Source: Octopus bimaculoides (Eukaryota). Taken from it: 64,000 nucleotides of DNA. Below are positions 38,180 to 51,238 of the stretch, piece after piece. Position 1 is the first letter of the stretch. The number at the start of each line of letters is the position of its first letter. The stretch lies in assembly GCF_001194135.2 (NCBI RefSeq), contig NC_068992.1:47652596-47716595 (forward strand), written 5' to 3'. Made by a program: the position numbers and the translations under genes. Below the pieces are notes generated by a model, which worked only from the letters and a program-made list of their open reading frames with translations, had not been told where the DNA came from and did no database searches.

Positions 38180-38292
38180 GCAAAACACAAAAAAAAATGA
38201 TAAACAATGAAAAATAAGGATAGATATATGAACAAACATTTTGGCCTCTAAATTTGCAGCTACGTTGAAATTAAGAAAAAAAAAAAGACAGT

Positions 38293-38355
<63 letters not shown>

Positions 38356-38360
38356 TATAT
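38020..38360. repeat. (TAA)n microsatellite cluster
   Basis: Three (TAA)n tracts at about 38022-38050, 38128-38180 and 38293-38355. Confidence 0.95.
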
Positions 38361-39256
38361 CATCATCATAGGCAACGTTTGTGTTTAGATAAACTTTGGA
38401 CTGTAATACAATAGTTAGCTTATACTAAGACTTACCATTGGGTTTCTTCTCATCATTGCTGGGATGGCTCTCAGGGTGAACGTTTCCTACGAGATCAGGT
38501 AAAGTTAATACAGAAAGGATTATTTTTATTAAACGGATAATCTACATTTATTGGAAATTGTTCGGAACAAAATGTTAATCCTCACCACTGCTTGTTTGTC
38601 TGATCCTGAGGTAGTTTTGTTGTTATTATTTTAGTTTTTTACACTTAGAAGTAATTAAGTATAATGTTGCTGCCTAACTCTCTTCTTGCATAAATGTATA
38701 TATGAGTGTGGGTGTATGCATAAGTGTGTGCATGCGTGTGTATTTGTCAATATGAGGACATTGAATTAAGTCACACATTTGTCAGTAACAAAATAAAGGA
38801 TCATATTTATCTTTATCATAAGCATTATTAGTGTTAGAGTCAAGGAAGCAAGCTGGCAGAATCCTTAGCACATTGGACAAAATGCGTAGCAGCATTTTTT
38901 ACTGGCTTCACTACATTCTGAGTTCAAATGCTGCCAAGGCCATCTTTGTTTTCATCCTGGGTAAAGTAAGTACCTGTGGAACACTAACTCCTTCTGCGAA
39001 AATATTCAGGCCTAGTGTCTATATTACAAAGGATTACCAGTGTCTGGGTGGTATATAAGCATTAATTATTCTATTTAATCCTGTCCCCTTACAGTCTGAG
39101 CTCAAATCCTGCCAGGATCAACTGTCATTCTTCTGCAGTAGCTGAAAATAAAACACTATCAAAATGTTTGTTCTTTCTGCCAAGCCATTGACAGTTTATT
39201 ATTAACAGTTAATCAGTAATTATTATTATTATTATTATTATTGTTATTATTATTGT

Positions 39257-39789
39257 TGAGTGAGAGAGCAGTGCATGTCACCAAAGTGACACTGGGGTAC
39301 AAATATGCAAAGCCCGAAATACTCATCATGGCTACCAGTCTGATGACGGTACACCAGGCACACACATCACAACCATATGTGTGCGACATGGTGATCTCAT
39401 ATCAAGATAAACAGCACATGACTTTGCAGGTGGGGCAAGTAGCACATCCTGCTCAAAAGGTCCCTGAATAAGATTTGTTTAAGGATGCTGAACAAAATAC
39501 CCATGCTTCCAGAGGTCAATTATTCAAATCCCCAAAAATTCCTCTCAACACAAGGCTATGATGCTCCCCAACTACTTCTGCTCATGGTCAGAGATGCACA
39601 TATCATCAGCCACCAAAGGACATGCTCAAATGGTTATGGTCAAACAACTGTCAAGCAAATTTGTGGTATTGAGCAGAATATTTGCTGTAGCCCATCTTTT
39701 ATACCAAGACAAAATATGTACATGATAACACTTCCAATCTGTTAAGATCAGAATCCATGAGAGCCAGTGCTTGGTCCTGCATCAGGGCA
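39257..39789. mobile_element. ~530 bp non-coding element embedded in (ATT)n
   Basis: GC-richer block with sharp junctions to ATT repeats on both sides; no recognisable protein. Mobility is inferred. Confidence 0.5.
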
Positions 39790-39939
39790 TTATTATCATT
39801 ATTATTATTGATGTTAGCATTATTATAGTAATGATTTCTGTCATTGGTCATGGAGGTGGGTTATAACATTGGGCACAATACAAGAAATGGAAAACAAAAC
39901 AACGAGGATTTATGAGGCCCAAACGGCAAAATTAATTAA

Positions 39940-40750
39940 ATGACTCTTAGTACTTGACTGGTACTTGAACCTAGAAGGATGAAAGACAAAGCTGACATGG
40001 ATGCAACTTGACTTCAGAATGTAGGCAGTTATAACTAAACACCACAAGGTATTTAGTTTGGCACTCTACCATTCTACCATCATTGCTCTATAAGAAGAAT
40101 TGATTCTAATGTGGGCAGGAGGCTAGTGACTTTGAAGGAAAGGTGTTTGTTGATTACATCTAACCCAATACTACACAGGTAATTTCTTTTAACGCAGGTG
40201 TGATAAAAGGCAGAGTTGATCTCAGCAGGATTTGAACTCAAAAAATGAAGATCTAAACAGATACTGCAATGCCTTTTAACTGACATTTTTACGATTCTGC
40301 CAATCCATCAACCTCAGTTGTGTTGGTAATTAATGATAATTTCAAAAGTAAGCACAGAGCCTGACATTTTGAAGGAGTGGTTTGTCAATTATATGAATTC
40401 CAGAACTAGACTGGAATTTCATTCCATCGATCTCAGAGGATGAAAGGCAAAGAAGACCTTAGCAGGATTTGAACTCAGAATATAAAAAGCTCGAACAAAT
40501 AACACAAATCATTTTCCCCTGTTACTCAAATGATTCTGTCAGACGTAAGTACAAGACCACAGCCTTTGAGAAGGGAAAGATTTCATTGAATCAGCTTCAG
40601 TATATAACTGGTACTTTATTTTATCAATCTTAGATGAATGAAGAGTAAAAAAGACCCTGGTAGCATTTAAACTTAGAACACAAAGGGATATAACTAAATA
40701 GTGTATTACATTTTATCCAGCACTCTAATAATCCTGCCATCCGATAATAA
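39940..40750 (-). mobile_element. Cluster of about four same-orientation family E SINE copies
   Basis: GGATGAAAGGCAAAG...GGATTTGAACTCAGAA-type motif recurs near 39977, 40206, 40438 and 40636. Confidence 0.75.
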
Positions 40751-41437
40751 TAATAGCTATCATAACAATTGTAACATTAATAATAATAATAATATTAATG
40801 ATTATAATCTGTTCGTTATTGGATACAGCAATATCAGTTTATTTCTAAATTCATAATGGTTGATTTATTCCTGAAATAATATTAATAATGATAATTATTA
40901 TTACAACACAAGCTTATTTCTAAATTGAAGCTATAAGATATAAAATTATATCAGAAGATTAATTTTTGATTAATTTTCATATTTTCTGTAAGTATTATTA
41001 CAAATTAGTAATTTTGTTAATATAATCTTCTAAAAAAATTGAATAAAAAGCAGGTATGGTGGGACAAATTGGAAGGATAAAACAATGAGTCAGTAAATAA
41101 ATTTAAAGTCTGTTTTCTGTAAATTTCTGTTTTCAGAAAGACTCTTTTGACCAATATTGCGAATCATTACACAATTATTTAGGCAGTTGTCTAGGTGTCT
41201 GGGAAGTCTTTAAGGAAGATCTTTTCTTTCTTTTTTTTTTCTAATTAAAAAAAAAAATTAAAGAAACAAAATCAAAACATGCCATTTACCCAAACCTCTT
41301 CATCTACCAAAAACAAAAAAAAAAAAAAACAAGGCTGGGGTGAAACCCCTTCCGCCATACAAAGTCCCTGCAATTATCTACAGCCAAGGTGTACCTTACC
41401 TATCATCAAGTTATCTCTTCTCTCTGCCTCTTTCTCT

Positions 41438-41472
<35 letters not shown>

Positions 41473-42879
41473 CTTTATCTACCTATATATCTTCTTCTAC
41501 AAGTCTCTCTCTCTTTTACAAGTGCTAATACTTATGGCAGCTGGAGCATGCAACCTGTTCCCCTCTTGTACTGTATCGTTCTTTATCTTTTCTTCCCCCA
41601 CTATCTGCTCAATACGTGGTGGGTGGACTGGTGGAATGATAACTAATTTTTTCCATTAATTTACAAAATATCCTTAATTACCAAATCATAAAGGTTTATT
41701 GTAATATCGACCTCTTGGTGGATATCCTATCTAATATATACACATATACATACATATAAACATACACATGCCTACACAGACTCAGTGGATAATATGATCT
41801 CAAATACAATAAATCTGAATACAATGGGATAGTTATGGCTAGAAAACCTTTTAATCACAGTTCTGTTTCTTCAGGGCTGATCTGGGGCTTATACCATCAC
41901 CACAACAACACAGTTCTTTCTACCATAAATTTACCCTGGATAAAGTATTCAATATCCTATCCAGATGATATTGTTATATAGATATTGTGAAATGCTAGCA
42001 AAATGGTCTGATCAATCCAATACAATATATTTAGGTGGTAGACTTTATTCATCACCCAGTTTAACACCATCACCCAACTTAGCCTTCATGTGCTTTTAGT
42101 GGTGTCCATTCTGATGAAAAGAGCTAGGCCCAGGCTCTCAGTTTAAAATAAGCTACAACTTCAAAGGTTCATAGGACCTTCAAACATGTTACGCCCTTGA
42201 AAATCAGGATCATCTAAAAAGTTTCGTACTCTGAAGAGTTCATTAGGATAGCTACCCTTCATGAAAAATTTTTAATATAGTCATGAAAATTTTTTTATAT
42301 TTCCTGTTTAGTAGCAATCGTTTTTGTTTTCTTTTGTCTTCGCTTCTGTTTTTGTAGATATTCAGCAACAGGATAGATAGATTGTTAGATAAACTGTTTA
42401 ACTCCCAGCTTTTAGATCAGAAGTTCATATCAGCTTCATATAACTCTCTGTTTTTTGTTTCTATACATAACACTTTATTTTACATGGCTTCAGAATTGGC
42501 CTTGTCATAGGATACATTGTCTAATTTTGATTACAGTTTCCCAATGATAGTCCTTCTGTTAACCCCTATTCCATCAAAAGACAGGACCATCCACCCACCA
42601 CAACACAGATATTTTCTTCAAGTACAATAAATTACAATCAATAATCTTGTTATGCAACCCTCTTTCAATCTTCCCAGATTCTTCAATCTTTCAGTCACTC
42701 TATAAAAGCTCTAGTTTTTCCCATCCCTAAATGAAAATCTCTCTTGATAACACATAAAAAATTACAGTACTATTACAGAGAGTTCTAATACATGTAATAT
42801 AGTAAATTAAAATAAATTTTGCCAACTGAGATTTTCAAAGTAAATTGACAGAAAAAAATCTCCTTCAAGCAATTATGCA

Positions 42880-43200
42880 TAACCCTTTTGATACCAACTC
42901 ACCTGGTACTGCCCCTGGATATATTTTAGAACCTTTTAAAGTGGTTTACATTATAATCTTCCATCAAAATATCATGTTAATTTATGTTTCAAAACACCAG
43001 CTTAATAATGACAAAGTTATTTTACTAATTTCTTCATTAAGCTCAAAATTAATTGAGACCAAGTCAGAGTATTTCAACAGAAAAATGGTGATAAAAGTGT
43101 TACATTCTAAAACCATCAAAGGAAGTAGATAATCCTAATAAGATCTGTTAAGTGAAGCTGTTGAACAACGGAGGTTTTCAGCAAGCCTTCTTGCTGAACA
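42880..43200 (+). pseudogene. Second diverged copy of the 19.2-19.4 kb ORF1-like sequence
   Basis: Collinear blocks CCTTTTGATACCAAC, ATCATGTTAATTTATGTTTCAAAACACCAGCTTAATAATGACAA and TATTTCAACAGAAAAATGGTGATAAAAG match about 19180-19395. Confidence 0.6.
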
Positions 43201-45335
43201 CTCCACTACTGTACAATCATTAATCATATTTCTAAAACAATCTACACAGCTCAATGAATTGGAAGAAAACAAGTTGAAGTAACAAAAAGAAGATTAGTGG
43301 TGTGACAGAGGGTATAGTGTGCTAGACTGAGTAAGTAGAAACCTTGTAGTATTTACTTACACAAGTTAAACATTTTGAATTTAAAACCTTCTAAGTCGGA
43401 TCAGCTTTGCCTTTCATTTATAGGTCAATAGAATAAATACTAGTCATATAATGAGGTTCATTTGATCAGCTATACTTTTGAAATGTGTGTCCTGATGATC
43501 ATACAAGAAATCAAGATAAAGGGAGGGTGGTTCAAATACTATAATGGTGGATTAAGCTAAGCAGTTTGTCCAATTATATTATATTCTAAGCTGAAATCAT
43601 ACCAGTGATAACTTTACTTTCCATTCCTCCTGGCCGAAATTAAAAATATGTATATTTCTTGGATTGAATCAACCACCCATCACATTCTAGTCATACACCA
43701 GCTTTCATAAAATTTAGTTGTGTTCCTTTATACTCTGAGTATTTCCTACTGAGTCAATTTTGAACTAAATTTTATTTAGTCAAAGCTGAAAATATTTCTC
43801 CAAATCATTGTACACTGACAGTATGGTTCTTACATTAGAAGGTATCTCAGCATAAAACATTCCATAGTTTGTGGTACTGCACTACTTCTTGTTAAATATG
43901 TTAAATAAACACCTTGGTTGGGTTCAAGCCCCACCTGTAGTGGATTTGGCTTTCATCCCTCCAAGTAAAGGAAAGATGTTCCAGAATCTCTAGTAACTTA
44001 TTCCAATGAGCAGCAGCCTTCAGATGACTAAGCTATAATCCCTAGATTTTTCATTATTTAATATACAGTCTTTTACATGTTACATGGCCCTATAGTCAAT
44101 AAATACTTCCATAATTTCTATCACAGCTATAATATTTTAACCATACATCAATACCAATTGTATGACTAAACAACATAAGTGGTTAATTTTTCTAATCTAC
44201 AGAGAAATAAGTAAATTTGACATGTTTGTATGTCTACTAAATAGGTTTACATATATCATATTTTGATACTGTGTGGATTGAGTTCTCTCTTTAAATAAAA
44301 TCTTAAACACTAATACGCAAATAAGTGGCCTCCAGAAATCTGAAGATACTGGATTTGATGCAGACATAAATGGATCAGCCACTAGTGTCTCTGGGATTGG
44401 TCAAGTATTGTAGACATCTCTGATAAGACTCCAATAAGAGTTAGAAATTGATTGAGGTTGTTCATAATTTTATTTTAATCTACATAGAAATAGATAGAAT
44501 TGATATGCTTGGATGTTGGCCATGTGAGATTATATATATTATATCATATCTTGATACATTGTGAACAGGCTTCTCTGATGACAGGTCACTGACATTAAAT
44601 AAAGTTAAACACTATTGGTAGGCAAATTAACATCACCAGTTCTCTGAAGCTACTAGATTTGATGTGTATGTGTAAATAGAATGGTTATTTGTTTCTCTGG
44701 GATTGGTCAAGATATATCTGACAAGACCCTCCACCAATAAGGATTAAAAATCAATTAAAAGTGTTCATTTTTTTCTTTTTCCATTCTCCAGAGATATAGT
44801 TAAGTTTGACAGATTTGTATGGCTACACTTAGGTTTGCATATATAGAGAACCAACCAAATTATCTAAATAGGACTTTGGAGTTTTGGAGTGTTAGGACAT
44901 TCTTATTAATTATTGGCAAAAGTGGAATTTGGGCAGATTGAGGGTTTCATAGTTCTTCATCTGTAGAAAATATATCTTCATAATATGGAATTACTACAAA
45001 CATAATGCCACTTCTGAGACACATATGTACTTCATACAAGCTGTCTAGCTCTGTTACATATCTTCAAATAACAACAACAGTAGCAGCAAAAATTAAAAAA
45101 AAAAATTATGGGTGCAATAAACCAAACAGCAAAAGCTAAGTTTCAAACCACAGTGTGTGTGTGTGTGTGTGTGTGTGTGCATAATGTATTTTGTTAGTAA
45201 CGCCATGTACTTGATTTTATAATCTTGTATAATCAATAAAATATTGATGCTTTTCTGATTGAAAGAAATAATATCAGGTGACTGAAAATGCCAATCTGTG
45301 ATGGAGAAACCGTCCAATGTTTTTGAAGGTCATTC

Positions 45336-45383
45336 AATGTGATTGAAGCCCACTCAATGTGATTGAAGACCACTCAATGTGAG
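45336..45383. repeat. 20-bp tandem repeat (CAATGTGATTGAAG[C/A]CCACT)x2.4
   Basis: Read directly. Confidence 0.9.
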
Positions 45384-46738
45384 CAAAGAAAACATAATGC
45401 AAGCTTAAATTATATACAAATTGTAATCCATATCCTGATATCGAAAACCACAATTTATGAGCCACATCAAAACACTTCAACTGTAAATCAGATCTTGCAA
45501 TCTTAATCGTTAATCTGTGATTATAAATCATGAAATGTGAACCACAACCACTCACTGTGACTGACAAATATACATTGTTACCGAAAACCAGACACCAATT
45601 CACAACCACATTCAGTGAATCACTGTGATTTACTGAAATACAAATCCAAATGATGGGTCCTTCAACTACACAATGTGAGTTCAAAAGCACATTGTAACCC
45701 ATAATTATTCATTGGAACCTCTCACATTTTGATCCACAATCACACAATGTGATGTACAATTACTGTGACAAAAACCACACATAGTAACCAAAATCCACAC
45801 ATTGTGAATAACAACCACACACTGTGACCCAAATCCACACAGTGATCCATCATCACATTGCATGACTCACAACTACATACTGTGATCCAAAACCATATAC
45901 TGTAACAAACACTGATTTGAAGGCTAAAACACATGACTTGTAACATTAAATGCTGTACAAACCATAGTCAAATTTTTGTGGTCCACAACCATCTGGTGCT
46001 TGAAGATTGCAAGCTGAGTTTCCGAACCATACAGACACAACAAACAAATCCCATATGGTTGTCAAAGTAAATGTTGTGAAATTTAATAATATATAAGGTA
46101 GATGAGTCAAACACTGAAAATGGCACAGCAACATAAATACAGCCATATAATAATTGAGTCAATACACTTACATTTCATCACACACACCATATTCTCGTTC
46201 ACATGCATTCAGCTGAATACAATACATAATAGATCACAAACACACCTACCACAAAATCATAGTAAAACACATGCTCATCATCTTAACACTATACACAATA
46301 CATGTACAACACATACATCACATAGACACACGCTCAGCCAATCACCCTAAACAAAAAGATATATGCTGTACCTCAGAAAATGTAGAGTTTATAAGATATA
46401 CATGTAAGATTTAGAGTCCTCATTAAAATAATGTTTATAAACGTTACTGTTTTTCTGTGGTTCAAAATTTCTCAGTAGAAGCTAAGCAAGAAATAATTAA
46501 GGAACCCATTGATAACCATTAGGGTAAGGTCCAGAATAATCCTAGATAATTTTGCATGTTTTCCACTTTTTCCAAGACTTGAATATTTAAATATTTGGCA
46601 TGAATTCTTGTACTTGATATTATCTTCTATCACATTATCATTGACATCTTTAAAACATAAATTTTCAAAAGTTTACAACTACACCATATTTCAACATGTT
46701 CAAACACCAATTACTTTTGGTAGGAGTGGTCTTATTCC

Positions 46739-46790
<52 letters not shown>

Positions 46791-47175
46791 NNNNNNNNNN
46801 NNNNNNNNNNNNNNNNNNNNNNNNNNNNNNNNNNNNNNNNNNNNNNNNNNNNNNNNNNNNNNNNNNNNNNNNNNNNNNNNNNNNNNNNNNNNNNNNNNNN
46901 NNNNNNNNNNNNNNNNNNNNNNNNNNNNNNNNNNNNNNNNNNNNNNNNNNNNNNNNNNNNNNNNNNNNNNNNNNNNNNNNNNNNNNNNNNNNNNNNNNNN
47001 NNNNNNNNNNNNNNNNNNNNNNNNNNNNNNNNNNNNNNNNNNNNNNNNNNNNNNNNNNNNNNNNNNNNNNNNNNNNNNNNNNNNNNNNNNNNNNNNNNNN
47101 NNNNNNNNNNNNNNNNNNNNNNNNNNNNNNNNNNNNNNNNNNNNNNNNNNNNNNNNNNNNNNNNNNNNNNNNNNN

Positions 47176-47219
<44 letters not shown>

Positions 47220-47864
47220 AAAGAATAAGGCTTCTGATATGGATCAGTGTAATAACTATACTGATTAAAATATGGTGTAAATGTAAAATATACACTTTAA
47301 AAATAAGATATATATTCCAAAAAATTAGAATCTTCCAAAGAAAAAAAAAACAAAATGGAAACCCTAGTGATTTAGCTGACTTGAGCAGGGATGAAAAGTG
47401 GGTGGATGCTGTTTTTGTCCAGTTATCTACCTTGGAAATGGAATAAGGTGATGTTTATACCAGTTCCAAAGCAATCTGCAATGTAAGTCAATTGAAGCAT
47501 TTTAACTGCAGTATTGGAATTGTAATCTGTGAAAATTGTAGATTGTCAGAGACTTCCTTCCTGATCTACTGTAGTAGACTTCACCATCATGGTTCCCTCT
47601 TTCTTGCGTATAACTGTGAACTCTACCAATCTCAGGCCCATAGACGACTGAGCCACTGAGAGTGAAGTGCCTCACAGTGGTGGTTAGACTGACCTCAGCA
47701 ACTGATCTCTAGGTATGGTGCAGGGTACTTTATTAAACTACCCAGTAGGAGGAGATGGTGAATGCTTTGAAGAATTGATCTAACAAGTATTAGTGCTACA
47801 CCATCATTGTCATGTGACTGAAGACTCTCACTTCGGATTCATTTGTACCAGATTGTGAGTTCAT

Positions 47865-48000
47865 ATATAGCCAAGTGGTTAGAGTATTGACCTCTTGATC
47901 ATAAGGTGAGTGAGTCAATTCCTGGTTTGAGCAGTACATCATGTGTTTAAGTAAGGCACTTTATCTCATGTTGGTCCCATATTCTCAGCTGAGAATGAGC
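47865..48000 (+). mobile_element. SINE family B/D head
   Basis: GCCAAGTGGTTAGAG...TGATCATAAGG...AAGGCACTTTATCTCATGTTG...CTCAGCTGAGAATGAG. Confidence 0.65.
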
Positions 48001-49829
48001 ACCAGCAGAGGGTTGGTGCAGCTGTTGTCTCTTCAGCAGTTACAACCTTGCTGTCCCAATGATTCAAAAATAGAAGCACCCGGAAGTTATCTCTGCCACT
48101 CCACAACACTAAGCACCTATAACAATTAATGAAATTGTGGTACTTTACTACAAAGCCATACTCATTTGAGAGTGATGTCTGTGCATGCTGGTGCCAAATA
48201 TTTTACAGTAACATCTTTTAATTTCACTCAGCCTTGAATTTTTGTAAGCTTATTTTTAGTAAAGTTTGTTCTTGTGTGAAAACAAAACACTATTATTCCA
48301 CTGAAGGTTTTTAGATTCATTTCTACTATATTCCTGTCTATAACAGCATCTGATTCATCTTCTTCTGTGGATTAGTTTCAAGTGAAAACAGAGCAGTCTT
48401 GTACTGCTGGTGGTTTTAGTACCCTTCTGCAATATTTGTTGGTTAATTCCTCTCAAAATCTCCTTTTTTTTTTCTTTTCTTTATTAATTAATTAGTGTGA
48501 GCTGGCCTTCAGCAGAAAATTGGATAAATTTATGTCATATTATAATAATGTCTATTGAAATCCACCTCAAATCTGATTTTTGTTTCGAGCAAAGTTTGAA
48601 CTAGGATAAAAATGGAATGCTATTACACTAATGAAGATTGAACCATTGAATTTGTTTGTGTCAGGCAGATAACAATAAAATTAGTCCTTCTTTCAAAATT
48701 TAGTTCAGTGTTATTGGATGAAAACAAGTATTTTTTCATTTCGTAATTCAAAATATTTTTCCGCCAGGAATATAAAGAAATTTCAGAAAAGAGGAGTCAA
48801 TTACCTCTAACCAAACTGACGTGAACCAAACCAGTAATATGCTGGAGTCTAATTGAATCAATTCATAAACCACCTCCACCACCAGCACCACCACTACTAT
48901 CTACCCACCTCTCTTCATGATATTTGGCCCAGTGCCTAGTCCGAAGAAACCGAAATGCAAAAGAAATCAATAATAGCAGGAATGGTTTTCACAAGTCTAC
49001 AAGCAACAACACAACTGGAGAAGAATATATTTAAAGAGATGGAAAAAAAAAACAACAACTACAATAACAACAGCAACAACAACAGCAATATAAACTGCAG
49101 CAAGCAACAAAATATAATAAATTGTATAAATTTTAATTTCTTTTTTCTTTTTGCAAAATAATTTAAATAAAAAATATAAAACTAAAGAGAAACAGAATAC
49201 ATACTTATTATTATTATTATTATTATTATTATCATTATTATTATTAGTATTCAAAATTCTTTTTTCTTTTAAAAAATTTTTTTTAAATATTTTCAATATG
49301 TTTGTGTTAATGTTTTCATTTCTGATTGTTATTTTTTAATATATATTTTTCAATCGTTTTTCTTTTCTCAGTAGAGTTCATATAAAAATTTAGAGAGAGG
49401 GGAAGGAAAGAGAGAGTGAGAGAGGGAAAGCGGGAAGAAGGCACACAGAGATATAGAAATATATATATTTATGCAGAAAGAGAGAGAGAGAGAGAGGGTG
49501 TGGGGGGGGGGCACAGAGATAGCGAGAGAAATACAATATTAAAGAGATTTAAAAAGAAATCATAAAAGACATTTAAAAAAAACCAGGCATGTGAAATTAT
49601 TTTTGCTTCGGGGAGGACATTTAAAAGTTGATGGCATTGTCATTTAAAATTTTTTTTTCTATCTGGAATAAAAGAAAGAAAGAAAGAAAGAAGAACGAAC
49701 GAAAGAAAGATCTTAATAACAACAATATAAACAGCAATAGTAAAAACAACAATGATAACAGCAACAAAACTAAGTAAAAAGATAAAAACTGTTAACAAAA
49801 ACAGCCAAATTAACCCAAAATAAATTTTT

Positions 49830-51072
49830 ATGTATATTATAGTTCTCCAGGCCATAACAGAGGAGTTTAAGACCAATTGTCTGTAGGAACTCCTGTATGC
49901 TGATAACCTACATCCTATAGCTGATTCTGTTGAAGATTTAGAAAAGAAATTCCAAATGTAAAAGCAAAGCCTAGAATTGAGAAACCTCAAAATAAATCTA
50001 GCAATGACAACAATTTTAGTTTGCAGTATAGAAAGCAGAACTCTACTACTATCAAGAAAGTGGCCATGCTTGATATTTAGAAAAAGGTGAGGAGGTACTC
50101 GGTACAGTGTACATGTTGTAAACTAAAAGTGTGAAAGAGAAAGAGAAAGAGATAGTGGGATCACATGGGATCACATGCAGGTTGACAGAGAATAAAGACT
50201 TCACATGTAGCAGATGCAAGAGTACTTAGTAGTAAAAGCACTAATGAAATAAATTCTCTCAAAATGCTTGAGGTGTTCCAAAGAAGATAATAGCTTCTTT
50301 TACCTAAGCTGGGGTTTCAAATAGAAGGGGAGTTGTGAGGATTGAAAACAGGACAAATTGCCAGGTTTTAAACCCATAACATTTGCCGAACACCATGGTG
50401 GAGAATGAGGAATTTTATGGATGATGTCTGGTTTTATCTCCTTAATAAGGAAGAAGAGGGGAAGATTATTTCCAAAAAATTTTGATGGAGATGGGAAGGA
50501 GGTGGCCTGGCTTTCATCAGTTTGAGAACTATTGTTTAAGAAGGTCAAATTAGCAGAGAAGGAAAATGTTGAGAAAATATAGTAACCAGAACCAAAATGA
50601 TATGAACAATGCTATTACTTCTTCAGGCAAAAGAAAAATTCTCTTTCAGAGTGAAGGGCAGATTTTATGATACTTGTGTATGAAGTGAAATGTTGCATGA
50701 TAGTGAAATATGAGTAATGAATGTGAGGGATACGTGAACGCTGGATAGAAATGAAACAAGCAAGCTCCATGGGATGTGTAAATTAAGAGGGCATAAACAA
50801 CAAGGCACTGATGAGTTATGAGAAAAACTGGACATAAGAGGAATAAGACACAGCATACAAGAGAGAAGATTGCACTGGTACAGACATGTGAGATATATGA
50901 AAACTGACAGTCGGGTAAAGAGGTGCCAAGGAAACCAAGTGGAAGGGACCTGAAGAAGAGAAAGTCCAAGGCAGGCACAGGATGAAGTAGCAAGGCACTG
51001 AAATGGAAGAAAATCCATCCACTTTATGCAAGCCTAAGAAGACAGATGCAAAAATGCTGATGATGATGATGA
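49830..51072 (+). mobile_element. RTE-clade LINE, 5'-truncated, decayed, (GAT)n tail
   Basis: IIVLQAITEEFKTNCL*ELLYADNL (YADD-like) ...WPC...; after an interruption FRVKGRFYDTCV...EKLDIRGIRHSIQERRLHWYRHV...VEGT*RRESPR; ends in GATGATGATGAT. Confidence 0.88.
50310..50575 (-). mobile_element. CR1/L2-like LINE fragment inserted antisense into the RTE
   Basis: Minus frame FSANLTFLNNSSQ...SFPSP...PWCSANVMGLKPGNLSCFQSSQLP loosely resembles the CR1/L2 linker preceding NYRPISL; it interrupts collinear RTE motifs. Confidence 0.5.
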
Positions 51073-51182
51073 CGTGTATGCATATATTATGTATGTGCAC
51101 AGACATTTATGTGTATGTGAGAAAGAGAGACAAGAAAAAGAGTGTATATACATGCACATTTTACGTGTGTGTTTATCTATCT

Positions 51183-51238
<56 letters not shown>

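Noticed and set aside
42111-42140. CTGATGA followed by an AGAGC/GCTCT stem as a hammerhead
   Set aside because: No GAAA or NUH after the stem.
48760-49040. Possible terminal exon after TTTTCCGCCAG
   Set aside because: All frames stop within about 20 codons and nothing is recognisable.
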